From an uncultured Gemmatimonadales bacterium (GTDB taxonomy: Bacteria; Gemmatimonadota; Gemmatimonadetes; Gemmatimonadales; GWC2-71-9): a stretch of DNA of 64,000 nt. The translations under genes were made by a program, and so were the position numbers. The stretch lies in assembly GCA_963748815.1 (NCBI GenBank), contig CAVVKJ010000011.1, forward strand, positions 32,001 to 96,000. Reading direction: 5' to 3'. The first letter of the stretch is position 1. Each line of letters opens with the position of its first letter. A model generated the notes under the pieces. That model saw nothing but the letters and a program-made list of their open reading frames with translations, had not been told where the DNA came from and did no database searches. This document shows, in pieces, positions 50,839 through 61,043 of this stretch.

Positions 50839-52362
50839 TCAGGGTGTCGAAGGCGCGGGTTTCGGTCCGGCTGATGTCGGGCGGGCCGGTGCCGAGGCGG
50901 CGGGAGTGGAATCGGGTGGCGCCGTGCCGCCGGGATCGAGGGTGAAGATCATCGACCCCTGACCCTTCACGATCACGCGCGCCACGAGGGCGTCGGAGGC
51001 GGCCCACACGCCGACGGGCACCGCGCTCGTCAGGGTGGTCTGGAGGGAAAGCCCCGGCACCAGTTCGCGATTCATGTTGTCCTCCGCGAGGACGCGCGCC
51101 TTCTCGATCGTGGGCGCCAGGTTGACCCTGATCGCCTCCCGGAGCTTCTCGGTCACGGCGTCGGTGCTGGCGAGCCAGGCCAGGGCGCCCGTCAGGGCGT
51201 CGGTGGTGCCCGCGTCGATGATGAGGTCGGGCATGGTGAGCACCCCTGCCGAGTCGATCTGCGGGCGACCGACGGCGTAGAGCGTGCCGTTGGCCGCCCC
51301 CGAGACCGTCAGCGCGACCACCACCCGGCCGTCGCCGAGGGGCGTTGGCTTCAGGTGGCGGATAAACATCGTGTGCTTGCCCACCTTGATCTTGGTCTTC
51401 GCGAGCGCCTTCGACAGGATGTCTTCGGCCACGTCGTAGGGGAGACGCCCTTCACTGAGAATCAGGAGCTCGGCCGGGGGCGCCTCACTCCGATCCGGGG
51501 GAAGGAGCGGATTGCTCGAGGAGTCGGGACGCGCGCCGCCGACGATGCGGGGATTCGCCTCCAGCCCCACCTGGAAGAGCAGCGTGTCGCCCGCCGCCGT
51601 CGGGGGGAGGAAGCGCATCGACACCGGGTTGATCAACAGCCAGAGGCTGTCCGTCAACCGGAGGGGCTTCTGGATGGTGCCCCACACGGCTTCGACGTTG
51701 GCACGAAGCGGGAAGGCTGCGAGTTTCTTGTCCACCTTGATGAGCTCACCCTGGAGCGCCCCTTCCGCCGCCGAAAGCACCTTCTCCGTGACGTCGATGT
51801 GCGCGGCCGTCACCTCGCACTGGTCCCGCTCGGTGTCGGTCAGGGGAGATGCATGGACGACCGATTTGGTGCGGAACATCCAATTGTCCTCAATGCGCGC
51901 CGTGACCTTCAGCGTGACCCGGGCGCGCGGCTGCGCGTCGCCCTCCCCGGTGCCGCAGGAGGCGCTCACCTCCGGGATGATCGGCGCATTGTACCACCCG
52001 CGGCCCTGGTAGTGCAGCACCGCAGACATCGTGACCGTCCGGCCCTCGATGCCGAGATGGAAGGGTTCGCGCATGATCTGGTAGGCGATGTGCAGCCGGT
52101 CGTTTCCCTTGACGGCGAGCTTCTCATCGATGTTGCCGATGGTGCCCGGCACCTCCGCCTCGAGCCACTCGAGCCCCGGCGTGAGGTCGTAGCGGACCGG
52201 GATCTCGAGCCGCGACGGCGGCACCGGCGGTAATGACTCCTCAACCACGCCGGTCACCAGTACGGGTGGCGGGGCTTCGAAGCTGTCGCCGCCGCACGAC
52301 ACGGTGGTGAGGAGGAGGGCGGCGGCAACGGCAGCGGGTAACAGCCGGGTGGGGTTGGTCAT
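50839..52362 (-). CDS. DUF4403-like lipoprotein
   Basis: TVSC lipobox, 507 aa beta-rich; ASCG, W..IQKP.....LWL..NP, G.LY.VGRP. Confidence 0.7.
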   Translation of the reverse strand: MTNPTRLLPAAVAAALLLTTVSCGGDSFEAPPPVLVTGVVEESLPPVPPSRLEIPVRYDLTPGLEWLEAEVPGTIGNIDEKLAVKGNDRLHIAYQIMREPFHLGIEGRTVTMSAVLHYQGRGWYNAPIIPEVSASCGTGEGDAQPRARVTLKVTARIEDNWMFRTKSVVHASPLTDTERDQCEVTAAHIDVTEKVLSAAEGALQGELIKVDKKLAAFPLRANVEAVWGTIQKPLRLTDSLWLLINPVSMRFLPPTAAGDTLLFQVGLEANPRIVGGARPDSSSNPLLPPDRSEAPPAELLILSEGRLPYDVAEDILSKALAKTKIKVGKHTMFIRHLKPTPLGDGRVVVALTVSGAANGTLYAVGRPQIDSAGVLTMPDLIIDAGTTDALTGALAWLASTDAVTEKLREAIRVNLAPTIEKARVLAEDNMNRELVPGLSLQTTLTSAVPVGVWAASDALVARVIVKGQGSMIFTLDPGGTAPPDSTPAASAPARPTSAGPKPAPSTP

Positions 52363-52444
52363 GCCCGAAAGGTACGCTTGGGATGACAGTCCGGGAGGGG
52401 CTGGCTAGGTTCCAAGCTGGCATCCCCCCACTGGAGATACGACC

Positions 52445-54424
52445 ATGGCGTTCGTGATTCGCCGCCTGCACCTCGCACCGCTCCTCGCCACCGGCCTCGT
52501 GGCCGCCTGCGCCTCCAGCACGCCGTCGGCCACCCCGGTACCGGCGGCGGTCCCAGCGGCGGTGGTCCAGGAACGCCCCGTGCCCTACCCGATGGAGGAA
52601 TCGGCGTGGTTCCGGCGGGCCGTGACCAACGAGACCCGGACCCGCACCGGCGTCCCCGGCGCCAAGTACTGGCAGCAGTGGTCCAAGTACGACCTGGCCG
52701 CCACCTACGACCCCGCCAGCGGCCGACTCACCGGCACCGGCACCATCCGCTACTACAACCGCTCCCCCCGGCAACTCACCACCGTCTACGTCCACCTGCA
52801 CGACAATCTCTTTGGCGACAGCGCGGTGCGGAACGAGACGGTGCCGATCACCGGCGGGGTCGCCCTGTCACGCGTGGCGGTGCGGGGCGTCGACGTGCCC
52901 GAGGCGACCGGCAAGGCCCGGGGCTACAAGGTCAACAGCACCGTGATGTCGGTGCCGGTGTCCCCCGCCCTGGCCGCCGGCGACAGCGTGGACCTCGCCT
53001 TCAGCTGGAGCCTCACGGTGCCGCCGGACGGCGCCCCGCGCGGCGGCCGCACGCCGGACCTCGCCTTCATCAGCTACTGGTACCCGCAGATGGCCGTGTA
53101 CGACGACGTGGTCGGCTGGCAGAACGATCCCTACATGGGGAACGCCGAGTTCTACATGGGCTACGGGACCTATGACGTGGCGCTCACCGTGCCGGCCGGC
53201 TACCTGATCGGCTCCACCGGAAGCCTGGTCAACCACGCGGAGGTGCTCCCGCCCGCCATCATCCAGCGGGTGGGGATGGCGCTCACCTCGGACACGGTGG
53301 TGCACATCGTGACCGAGGCCGACCGCGGCGCCGGCACCGCCACGCTGACCGGCCCCTCACTGACCTGGCGGTTCCACGCCGACACCGTGCGCGACTTCGC
53401 CTGGGGGGTGTCCGACAAGTACGTGATGGACGCGGCCCGCGCCAACGTCGGCGACCGCGACGGGAACGGCACGCCGGACTACACCCTGATCCACACCTTC
53501 TGGATTCCCGGCAACGCCGCATCGAAGTGGGCGGAGGACGCCCGCTACGCCCGGCATTCGATCGAGTTCCTCTCCGGTTATCTCTGGCCCTATCCCTGGC
53601 CGGTGGCGACCGCGATGCAGGGGCCGGAGTCCTGCGGCGGGATGGAATACCCGATGATCACCTGCATCGGCGGGTTCCAGCCCGACAGCTTCGCGCTCTA
53701 TGGCGTCACGGTGCACGAGCTGGCGCACATGTGGTTCCCGATGCAGGTGGGCTCGGACGAAAAGCGCCACGCCTGGCAGGATGAGGGGCTGACGGAATTC
53801 AACGGCTTGCAGGGCGAGGGAGACTTCTTCCCGGGCCGCGACGCCGAGGCGCAGGACCGGGGCATGTACGGGCAGGTGGCGCACATGGGGCTCGAGGAGC
53901 CGATGATGCGGCACGGCGACCGGTACGACACCGGGATCGGGTACGGCGTGGCGAGCTACATGAAGCCCGCCAACATCCTGATGATGCTCCGCGGCATGCT
54001 GGGGCCGGACCTCTTCCTGCAGGCGTATCGGACCTATGGCGCCCGCTGGCAGTACCGGCACCCGACGCCCTGGGACCTCTTCTACAGTTTCGAGGACGTG
54101 ACCGGCCAGGACCTCGGCTGGTTCTGGCGCACCTGGTTCTGGGAGACGTGGACCATCGACCAGTCGGTGGGCAGCGTGACCGCCGGGCCGGACGGCACCA
54201 CCATCGTCATCGTCGACAAGGGGCTGGCACCGATGCCCGGCGAGGTGAAGGTGACGCGGAGCGACAGCACTGCCGTCCTCGAGAAAATTCCGGTCAAGTA
54301 CTGGCTGGACGGCCACGCGAGCTACACCTTCAGGGTGACCGGCGCGCCGGTCGTCCGGGTCGAAGTGGATCCGGAGCAGAAACTCTCCGACGTGGACCGG
54401 AAGAACAACAGCTGGAGTCCGTGA
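52445..54424 (+). CDS. M1 family metallo-aminopeptidase (lipoprotein)
   Basis: VAAC lipobox; GGMEYP, HELAHMW...DEG, Y.K, HPTPWD. Confidence 0.92.
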   Translation: MAFVIRRLHLAPLLATGLVAACASSTPSATPVPAAVPAAVVQERPVPYPMEESAWFRRAVTNETRTRTGVPGAKYWQQWSKYDLAATYDPASGRLTGTGTIRYYNRSPRQLTTVYVHLHDNLFGDSAVRNETVPITGGVALSRVAVRGVDVPEATGKARGYKVNSTVMSVPVSPALAAGDSVDLAFSWSLTVPPDGAPRGGRTPDLAFISYWYPQMAVYDDVVGWQNDPYMGNAEFYMGYGTYDVALTVPAGYLIGSTGSLVNHAEVLPPAIIQRVGMALTSDTVVHIVTEADRGAGTATLTGPSLTWRFHADTVRDFAWGVSDKYVMDAARANVGDRDGNGTPDYTLIHTFWIPGNAASKWAEDARYARHSIEFLSGYLWPYPWPVATAMQGPESCGGMEYPMITCIGGFQPDSFALYGVTVHELAHMWFPMQVGSDEKRHAWQDEGLTEFNGLQGEGDFFPGRDAEAQDRGMYGQVAHMGLEEPMMRHGDRYDTGIGYGVASYMKPANILMMLRGMLGPDLFLQAYRTYGARWQYRHPTPWDLFYSFEDVTGQDLGWFWRTWFWETWTIDQSVGSVTAGPDGTTIVIVDKGLAPMPGEVKVTRSDSTAVLEKIPVKYWLDGHASYTFRVTGAPVVRVEVDPEQKLSDVDRKNNSWSP

Positions 54425-56064
54425 CGCGACGATCGCTGCCGGCATTTCTCGGCGCGTGCCTCCTGCTGGCCGCGCCGATGGCGGCCCAGGACGCGGGCGG
54501 GGTGGCCGAGTCCATCCGCGTCCGCGTCGACGCGCTCCAACTGTCCGGTGGGGACGTGACGGTGCTCAGCGTGCGGCTCCAGACCGGCAACATTCTCTCC
54601 CAATTCTATGCCGCCCGGAACTACCAGCCGGCGTGGACGGCGCCCGCCCGGGTCGACGCGCTGCTGCAGGCCATCGCGGCGGCGCGGGATGACGGGCTGG
54701 AGCCGCGCGACTATTTCCTCGAGACGCTCCAACGACTGGCGCCCTTCGCGCTGGGCCCGACCTCGTCGCCCACACTCCGCGCCGACTTCGACCTCCTGGC
54801 CACCGAGGCGCTGATTCGCCTCTGGGCCTCGCTCACCGTGGGCAAGGTCGATCCTGCCACCCTCGACACCACCTGGCACATTCCGGTCGCACCGCTCCCT
54901 CCCGACGGCGCGGCCACCCTGGAGATGATCGCCTCCTCGGACACCCTGGGAGGGGCAGTCGCGGCACTGGCCCCGCGCCACCCGCTCTACCTCCGCCTGC
55001 GAGGCGAACTCGCCCGCTACCGGGAGCTGGAGGCCACGGGCGGATGGGAGCGGGTTGTCGGCGGGCCGAATCTCGAGGCGGGAGACATCGACCCGCGCGT
55101 CCCCCCACTGCGGCGACGACTCGCCACCTCCGGGGACCTCGACCCGACCGACGCCACCGACACCAGCGACGTGTTCACCCCCCACCTCGCCTCGGCGCTG
55201 GTCCGCTTCCAGTCGCGTCACGGCCTCTACCCCGACGGCGTCCTCGGCGCGCGCACGCTGGCCGAACTGAACGTGCCGGTGTCCGCCCGGATCGAGGCGC
55301 TGCGGGTCAATCTCGAGCGGGGGCGGTGGGTCCTGCGGGAGCTCGGCGGGACGTTCGTGGCGGTGAACATCGCGGGATTCGAGTCGTACTTCGTCCGACG
55401 CGACACCCTCGTGTGGCGAGCATCCTCCATCGTGGGGCAGCCCTTCCGGCAGACGCCGGAGTTCCGCGCCACGATGACCTACCTCGTGGTCAATCCGACC
55501 TGGACGGTGCCGGAGCTGCTCCTCGACGAGGATGTCTTTCCCGCGGTCCGCCGCGACTCGAACTATCTCGCGGCGCACGCCATGGAGGTCCTCGACCGGC
55601 AGGGCGCGTCGGTCGACCCCGCGACGATCGACTGGAACTGGTACCGGGGGCGGAGCTTCCCCTATCGCATCGTCCAGGCGCCGGGCGGCAGCAACCCGCT
55701 GGGCCGGATCAAGTTCATGTTTCCGAATCCCTACGCGGTGTATCTCCACGACACGCCGGCGCGAGAGCTCTTTCGAAAGCCGCAGCGCACCTTCAGCTCG
55801 GGCTGCATCCGGATCGAGCATCCGCTGACGTTGGCGGAACTCCTCCTCGAGGGGTCCCGGTGGACTCCCTCGACGCTCGACAGCGTCGTGGCCGCCGGCG
55901 CCGAGCGAACCATTTCCCTCCCGCGCGGCATTCCCGTGGTGGTGCTCTACTGGACCGCGTGGTCGGCGGAGGACGGCACGGCCAACTTCCGGTCCGATGT
56001 CTACCAGCGTGACGCCGCGGTCCTCCGCGCCCTCGACGCCCCGTTTCACTTCCGGAGCCCATGA
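54421..56064 (+). CDS. Murein L,D-transpeptidase (YcbB/LdtD-like)
   Basis: FQ.RHGL.PDG peptidoglycan-binding domain; VNI, NPLG.IKFMFPN...VYLHDTP, SSGCIR. Confidence 0.92.
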   Translation: MTRRSLPAFLGACLLLAAPMAAQDAGGVAESIRVRVDALQLSGGDVTVLSVRLQTGNILSQFYAARNYQPAWTAPARVDALLQAIAAARDDGLEPRDYFLETLQRLAPFALGPTSSPTLRADFDLLATEALIRLWASLTVGKVDPATLDTTWHIPVAPLPPDGAATLEMIASSDTLGGAVAALAPRHPLYLRLRGELARYRELEATGGWERVVGGPNLEAGDIDPRVPPLRRRLATSGDLDPTDATDTSDVFTPHLASALVRFQSRHGLYPDGVLGARTLAELNVPVSARIEALRVNLERGRWVLRELGGTFVAVNIAGFESYFVRRDTLVWRASSIVGQPFRQTPEFRATMTYLVVNPTWTVPELLLDEDVFPAVRRDSNYLAAHAMEVLDRQGASVDPATIDWNWYRGRSFPYRIVQAPGGSNPLGRIKFMFPNPYAVYLHDTPARELFRKPQRTFSSGCIRIEHPLTLAELLLEGSRWTPSTLDSVVAAGAERTISLPRGIPVVVLYWTAWSAEDGTANFRSDVYQRDAAVLRALDAPFHFRSP

Positions 56065-57020
56065 TGCGCTGCTTCGCTCGTTCGGTGTCCCTCCCCTGGC
56101 TGCTGGCAGCGCTCGCCGGTTGCGCCACCGCCCCGGTCGCCCTCACCGCCCCCCCGGCCGCACCGAAGCCCGACGCGACCCTGCAGGCACGGCTCGAGCA
56201 GGCGGTGCAGGGATTCCACGGTGACGTCGGCGTCTACGTCCGCAACCTCCGCACCGGGCAGACGGCGGCCATCCGGCCGGACGAACTCTTCCCGACGGCG
56301 AGCATGATCAAGGTGCCGATCCTGCTGACCACCTTCCAGGCGATGGAGGACGGCACGCTCGACTTTCATCAGGCGCTCACCTATACCGACTCGCTCGCCT
56401 ATTCCGAGGAAGACGACCTCCTCGCGCTGCTCCAGGACAGCAGCCGCATCGAACTGTCGAAGGTCGCGATGCTGATGATCACCATGAGCGACAACACGGC
56501 GTCGCTCTGGCTGCAGGCGCTGGCCGGCACCGGGGTGCAGATCAACGCATGGCTGACCCAGCACGGGTTTGACTCGACGCGGATGAATTCGCGGACCCCA
56601 GGGCGGCAGGACAACTGGAAAGCGTACGGGTGGGGGCAGACGACGCCGAGGGAGATGGCGGAATTGCTGGTGCTGATCCGGGAGCAGAGAGCGGTGAGCC
56701 CCGCCGCGGATCAGCAGATGTACCGGATCTTGACGCGGAGCTACTGGAACGGCGAGGCGCTGAGCCAGCTTCCGCCGTGGGTGCAGGCGGCGTCGAAGCA
56801 GGGCGCGGTGGACCGCTCGCGCTCCGAGGTGGTGCTCGTGAACGCCCCGGCGGGCGACTACGTGTTCTGCGTGATTACCAAGAACCAGGAAGACGAGAGC
56901 TGGGTGGCGTCCAACGAGGGGTATGTGCTGCTGCGGAAGGTCTCGGCGCTGCTCTGGACGTACTTCGAGCCAAACACGCCGTGGACCCCGGCGGTGGGCG
57001 CCGCGCGCTTTACTCCCTGA
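56061..57020 (+). CDS. Class A beta-lactamase-like serine hydrolase (lipoprotein)
   Basis: LAGC lipobox; FPTASMIK (SxxK), SDN, TTP, KQG. Confidence 0.88.
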   Translation: MMRCFARSVSLPWLLAALAGCATAPVALTAPPAAPKPDATLQARLEQAVQGFHGDVGVYVRNLRTGQTAAIRPDELFPTASMIKVPILLTTFQAMEDGTLDFHQALTYTDSLAYSEEDDLLALLQDSSRIELSKVAMLMITMSDNTASLWLQALAGTGVQINAWLTQHGFDSTRMNSRTPGRQDNWKAYGWGQTTPREMAELLVLIREQRAVSPAADQQMYRILTRSYWNGEALSQLPPWVQAASKQGAVDRSRSEVVLVNAPAGDYVFCVITKNQEDESWVASNEGYVLLRKVSALLWTYFEPNTPWTPAVGAARFTP

Positions 57021-57038
57021 GCGCGGCGCCCCACCGGC

Positions 57039-57767
57039 TTACTGCGCGACCGCCAGCGCGAAGTTGCTGCTGGTGATCGTCACGACGACTCCCTTGGCCG
57101 AGGCCGTCAGCACCTTCTTCAAGGGAAAGCTGACGCCGTTGGCCAGGGTGGTGAACCCGACGTCCAGCATGACCTTGGCGCTGGGGTCGTTCAGCCAGGT
57201 GGCGATGGTCAGGGAGCCCAGGTGGTGGTCTTCATTGTACACCACGATGGCGACGGCGTCGCCCTGCTCGACGTAGTTGCTGACCGTCACCTTGTAGGTG
57301 TTGTTCGAGGGGTTCGGCGCTACCGCCACGTCACCCCGCTGCTGCGCCTTCTGCACCAGCTCCTGCTGCGGCGGCACGTACCTGGCCACCAGCGTCTTCA
57401 CGCTGTCCATGTAGGCCTTGAGGTCGTCGATCTTCCCTTTCGCGATCTTCTTCCGGAGCGGCCCACGCACCTTTTTCGGCTGCGGCGGCGCGCCGATCTG
57501 CGTGCACTGCGGCTTGTTGTCGTTGGCGACGTACTGACACGACATGGAGTTGGTCTCCTTGACCTCGCCATTGAGCGCCAGCTCCGTGGTCTCGATCCAG
57601 GTGTACCGCCGCTGCTCCGCCGCATTCTCGGCGAGCGTCCGCTTCAGCGCCGCGACCTGCTCCGTGACGCCGCCCTGCGCATGCGCGACTGACGTCGCGG
57701 CCATCAGTGCCACCCCTACCAAGGCACCGGCGATGCTCCATGGTACGATCCGGGTCGTCGTGTTCAT
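57039..57767 (-). CDS. Secreted hypothetical protein, tandem paralog 2
   Basis: Signal AHA|Q; YTW.ETT, SCQY, colinear with 57816-58532. Confidence 0.8.
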   Translation of the reverse strand: MNTTTRIVPWSIAGALVGVALMAATSVAHAQGGVTEQVAALKRTLAENAAEQRRYTWIETTELALNGEVKETNSMSCQYVANDNKPQCTQIGAPPQPKKVRGPLRKKIAKGKIDDLKAYMDSVKTLVARYVPPQQELVQKAQQRGDVAVAPNPSNNTYKVTVSNYVEQGDAVAIVVYNEDHHLGSLTIATWLNDPSAKVMLDVGFTTLANGVSFPLKKVLTASAKGVVVTITSSNFALAVAQ

Positions 57768-57815
57768 GTCCAAAGACCTCCAAACGATGGAGCAGGCGCT
57801 CCGTGGGCCCAGGGA

Positions 57816-58532
57816 TTATTGCGCGACGGCCAGCGCGAAGTTGGCGTCGGTGATCGTCACCACGATCTCCTTGGCAGTGGCGGTCAGGGTCTTGGTCGAG
57901 GCGAAGCTCACGCCGTTCGGCAGGGTGGTGAACGCGACGTCGAGCGTCACCGTGGCGCTGGGGTCGTTCAACCAGGTGTTGACGGCCACGTGCGCCACCT
58001 GCTTGGTCGCCCCGTTGATGGTGATGATGACGGCGTCACCCTTCTGGATGTAGTTGCTGATGGTCAGCTTCATGGTGCCGTTCGACGGGTCCTGCGCGAC
58101 GGCCACATCGCCCCGGCCCTGCGCCGCCTGGATCAGCTCCGACTTCGTGGGCACATACTGGGCGACCAGCGTCTTGACGCTGTCCATGTACTCCTTCATC
58201 CCCTCGACCTTCGAGTCCTTGACCGACCGGCGCACCGGACCGCGCTGCTTCTGCTCTTCCGGGGGGGCGCTGGTGACGGTGCAGGTCGGCTTCGTGCCGC
58301 CGGCCATGTACTGGCAGGAGGAGGTCGACGTGGACTTCACCTCTCCCTTGTACGCGACCGCGGTCGTTTCCATCCAGGTATAGTTGCGCTGGGCGGCGGC
58401 GTTGGCGCCCATGGCGGCCTTGATGGCTTCCACTTCCTGCTGCGCTCCTGCCTGGGCCTGCGAAACCGACACGACCCCAAGGACGGCCAGGGCCGAGAGC
58501 GTCGAGCGGAGCAGCAATGTCTTGCGGTTCAT
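57816..58532 (-). CDS. Secreted hypothetical protein, tandem paralog 1
   Basis: Signal AQA|; shares YMDSVKTLVA.YVP and the C-terminal NFALAVAQ. Confidence 0.8.
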   Translation of the reverse strand: MNRKTLLLRSTLSALAVLGVVSVSQAQAGAQQEVEAIKAAMGANAAAQRNYTWMETTAVAYKGEVKSTSTSSCQYMAGGTKPTCTVTSAPPEEQKQRGPVRRSVKDSKVEGMKEYMDSVKTLVAQYVPTKSELIQAAQGRGDVAVAQDPSNGTMKLTISNYIQKGDAVIITINGATKQVAHVAVNTWLNDPSATVTLDVAFTTLPNGVSFASTKTLTATAKEIVVTITDANFALAVAQ

Positions 58533-58626
58533 GGGACGGTTTCCTCAGAAGGGATGAAGACCAGTCAGCGCCACCAGTATACTCATAAAATCGTCGAGGA
58601 ACAGCCACCTTCCATTCAGGCGGAGC

Positions 58627-58693
58627 CCTTTGCGCCTCTTCGCGACTTTGCGGTGAAGAGCTTTTGCCGCCAAGTCGCAAAGAGGCGCCAAGG
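58627..58693. repeat. Long imperfect palindrome with ~9-nt TTGCG/CGCAA periodicity
   Basis: CCTTTGCGCCTCTTCGCGACTTTGCGG ... CCGCCAAGTCGCAAAGAGGCGCCAAGG. Confidence 0.75.
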
Positions 58694-58710
58694 CCGCAAG
58701 CGAAGCGAGG

Positions 58711-59889
58711 TCACCTCGCCACCTGGCCCAGCAGGTCCATGGCTTCATCCAGTTGCGAATCGGAGAGGTATGGTGCCGGCCCAAACCGAAGGGCGTCACC
58801 CCGGAAATCCGTCAGGACACCACGTTCCCGCAGCCCTCGGCAGAGCTCACCGGCCCTCGGGGAGCGCAGTGCGAGGAAGCCGGCCAGCTGGTGCAGGGGA
58901 ACCCGGTCCCGTGTCACCACCTCTGGGGGGAGGTCGAGCGAATCGAACCGCTCCGCCAGCCGCCCGACCTGGTGCTGGCTCACCTCCCGGAGGAACGGGG
59001 GGGTGAGGCCTTGAGCGCCGAAGAAGTCGAACACCGCCGCGGCGCGGTAGTGGCTGGTCGGATCGTAGGTGGAGCCTGCAAACCGGTCGGCCCCCGTACC
59101 ATAGACCACCGACTGGGGGCGTGACTCGGCGAGCGCACTGAACTCACTGAACCACCCGGTGATGACGGGGCGGAAGGACCGCCCGGGAGGGATCCGGAGG
59201 AAGCAGTTCCCCTCCCCCAGCTGGCAGTACTTGTAACCGCCCCCGGTCACGAACGCCCCCTCCAACCCCTGCCCCTGCACCGACATCGGCACCACGCCGA
59301 GCGCGTGATAGGCGTCCACCAGGAGTTCCGCCCCGTGGCGGGCGCAGGAGGCCGCGAGCCTGTCGAGGCCGGAAACAATGTGGGCGTTGTGGAAGAACAC
59401 CGCCGACACCAGCACCCCGGCCGTGCGGTCATTGAGGGCGGCCGCCAGCCGCTCCGCCACCGTGGCCGCCGGGTCGGCGGCAACCTTCACCACCTCAATC
59501 CCTTCCTCGCCGAGCCGGTCCAGCTGCCGCCGGATGGTGTGGAACTCCCCGTCCGTCGTGATCAGCCGGGGGCGGTCTCGCAGCGACAGCACCGAGAGGA
59601 ACCGGAGGAGCAGGTCGTGGGTGTTCGACGCGAGGGCGTACTCACCGTCGGGGTCATCGAGCAGCTGTGCAAATCCCTGCCGCACCCGGTCGGCCCGGGC
59701 AAAGGCACGCTCCCACTTCTCATCGACCAGTTCGGCGGCATCCTCCCAGGCGCGGAGCTGCCCGTCGCGGGCGCAGTCGGGCCAGGCCTGGTGGGAATGC
59801 CCTGTCAGGAGGAGGCGGTCGGCGACCCGGAAGGCGGAGTAGTGGGGAGCCAGCTGATTCGGCGCGCGGAAGAGGTCGTCAGTCCGCAC
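58711..59889 (-). CDS. kynU: Kynureninase-like PLP enzyme (aminotransferase class V)
   Basis: GHSHQAWPD, LLVDAYH, GGGYKY (PLP Lys), P.ITGWF; close to kynA; GTG start with GGGAG RBS. Confidence 0.75.
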   Translation of the reverse strand: MRTDDLFRAPNQLAPHYSAFRVADRLLLTGHSHQAWPDCARDGQLRAWEDAAELVDEKWERAFARADRVRQGFAQLLDDPDGEYALASNTHDLLLRFLSVLSLRDRPRLITTDGEFHTIRRQLDRLGEEGIEVVKVAADPAATVAERLAAALNDRTAGVLVSAVFFHNAHIVSGLDRLAASCARHGAELLVDAYHALGVVPMSVQGQGLEGAFVTGGGYKYCQLGEGNCFLRIPPGRSFRPVITGWFSEFSALAESRPQSVVYGTGADRFAGSTYDPTSHYRAAAVFDFFGAQGLTPPFLREVSQHQVGRLAERFDSLDLPPEVVTRDRVPLHQLAGFLALRSPRAGELCRGLRERGVLTDFRGDALRFGPAPYLSDSQLDEAMDLLGQVAR

Positions 59890-59900
59890 AAGGGGCTCCC

Positions 59901-59939
59901 TTGACGAACTGATAGCCATATGATATCATAGCGGTATCA
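59901..59939 (+). promoter_or_regulatory. Sigma70 promoter with phased RHH-type boxes for the SPFH-Arc operon
   Basis: TTGACG-N17-TATCAT; palindrome TATGATATCATA (59919-59930); TGATAGC/TGATATC/CGGTATC at 11-bp spacing. Confidence 0.7.
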
Positions 59940-59958
59940 CCTTTCCCGTGAGGACGCT

Positions 59959-60825
59959 GTGATTCGCGAAACCAAGTACCAGGCCTCCAATGGCCTGCTG
60001 GCCCTGCTGCTCATCCTGCTCGTTGCCGCACTCGGGTTCGGCTTCGGCGCCCGCAACGCTGCGCAGGAGCTCCCCGCCTTGGCCATTCTCGGCTTCCTGG
60101 TCTTCGGCGTGGCCATGGTGTGCCTCGGCGGACTTTTCGTGGTCAATCCGAACGAAGGCCGGGTCCTCACGCTGTTCGGGAAGTACTCCGGCACGGTCAA
60201 GATTCCGGGGCTCTGGTGGGTGAACCCCTTCATGGCCAAGAAGAAGGTATCGCTGCGCATCCGGAACTTCGAGACCACCAAGCTGAAGGTCAATGACGCC
60301 AACAGCAACCCGATTGAGATCGCGGCGGTGGTGGTCTGGAAGGTCATCGACACCGCCGAGGCGATGTTCGAGGTGGATGACTACGAGCACTACGTGAAGG
60401 TGCAGAGCGAGTCGGCGGTGCGGACGCTGGCCACCGCCTATCCGTATGACGCCCACACCGACGGCGAGGAAGCGCTCAGCACCCACACCGCCGAGGTGTC
60501 CAAGCAGCTCAACGTCGAAGTGCAGGAGCGCCTCGGCAAGGCGGGGGTGGAAGTGACCGAGGCAAGGATCAGCCATCTGGCCTATTCACCGGAGATTGCC
60601 TCGGCCATGCTGCAGCGTCAGCAGGCCAGCGCCATCATCGCGGCGCGTCAGAAGATCGTCGAGGGCGCCGTCGGGATGGTGGAGACCGCGCTCGAGATGC
60701 TCTCGTCGAAAAAGATCCTGGAGCTCGACGGCGAGCGGAAGGCACAGATGGTCAGCAATCTGCTGGTGGTGCTCTGCTCGGAACGGGGCACGCAGCCGGT
60801 CGTCAACTCCGGCTCGCTCTACTAA
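59959..60825 (+). CDS. SPFH/Band 7 domain membrane protein
   Basis: Two TM, LFG.Y.GTVK..GL.W.NPF, KVND...[32 protein letters not shown]. Confidence 0.92.
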   Translation: MIRETKYQASNGLLALLLILLVAALGFGFGARNAAQELPALAILGFLVFGVAMVCLGGLFVVNPNEGRVLTLFGKYSGTVKIPGLWWVNPFMAKKKVSLRIRNFETTKLKVNDANSNPIEIAAVVVWKVIDTAEAMFEVDDYEHYVKVQSESAVRTLATAYPYDAHTDGEEALSTHTAEVSKQLNVEVQERLGKAGVEVTEARISHLAYSPEIASAMLQRQQASAIIAARQKIVEGAVGMVETALEMLSSKKILELDGERKAQMVSNLLVVLCSERGTQPVVNSGSLY

Positions 60826-60830
60826 GCCTC

Positions 60831-60998
60831 GTGGCTGAACGCAAAGCGTTTCTGCTCCGACTCGACCCCGCCGTCCACGCCGCGCTGGAGCGGTGGGCGG
60901 CGGACGAGTTGCGCAGCCTGAATGGGCAAATCGAGTTTTTGTTGCGGGAGGCGATGGTCAAGGCGGGGAGGCGGGGAAGCGGGGAGGCAGGGAAGTAG
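60831..60998 (+). CDS. Arc-like ribbon-helix-helix protein (55 aa; absent from ORF track)
   Basis: [41 protein letters not shown]...; immediately after the SPFH gene. Confidence 0.88.
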   Translation: MAERKAFLLRLDPAVHAALERWAADELRSLNGQIEFLLREAMVKAGRRGSGEAGK

Positions 60999-61043
60999 GC
61001 TCTACGCGGACGCGACCCCTTCCCCGCTGGCCCGCCTCCGCTC

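Noticed and set aside
56061..57020. Bona fide class A beta-lactamase resistance gene
   Set aside because: KQG replaces KTG and no clear E166-type omega-loop motif is present; only the family-level call is supported
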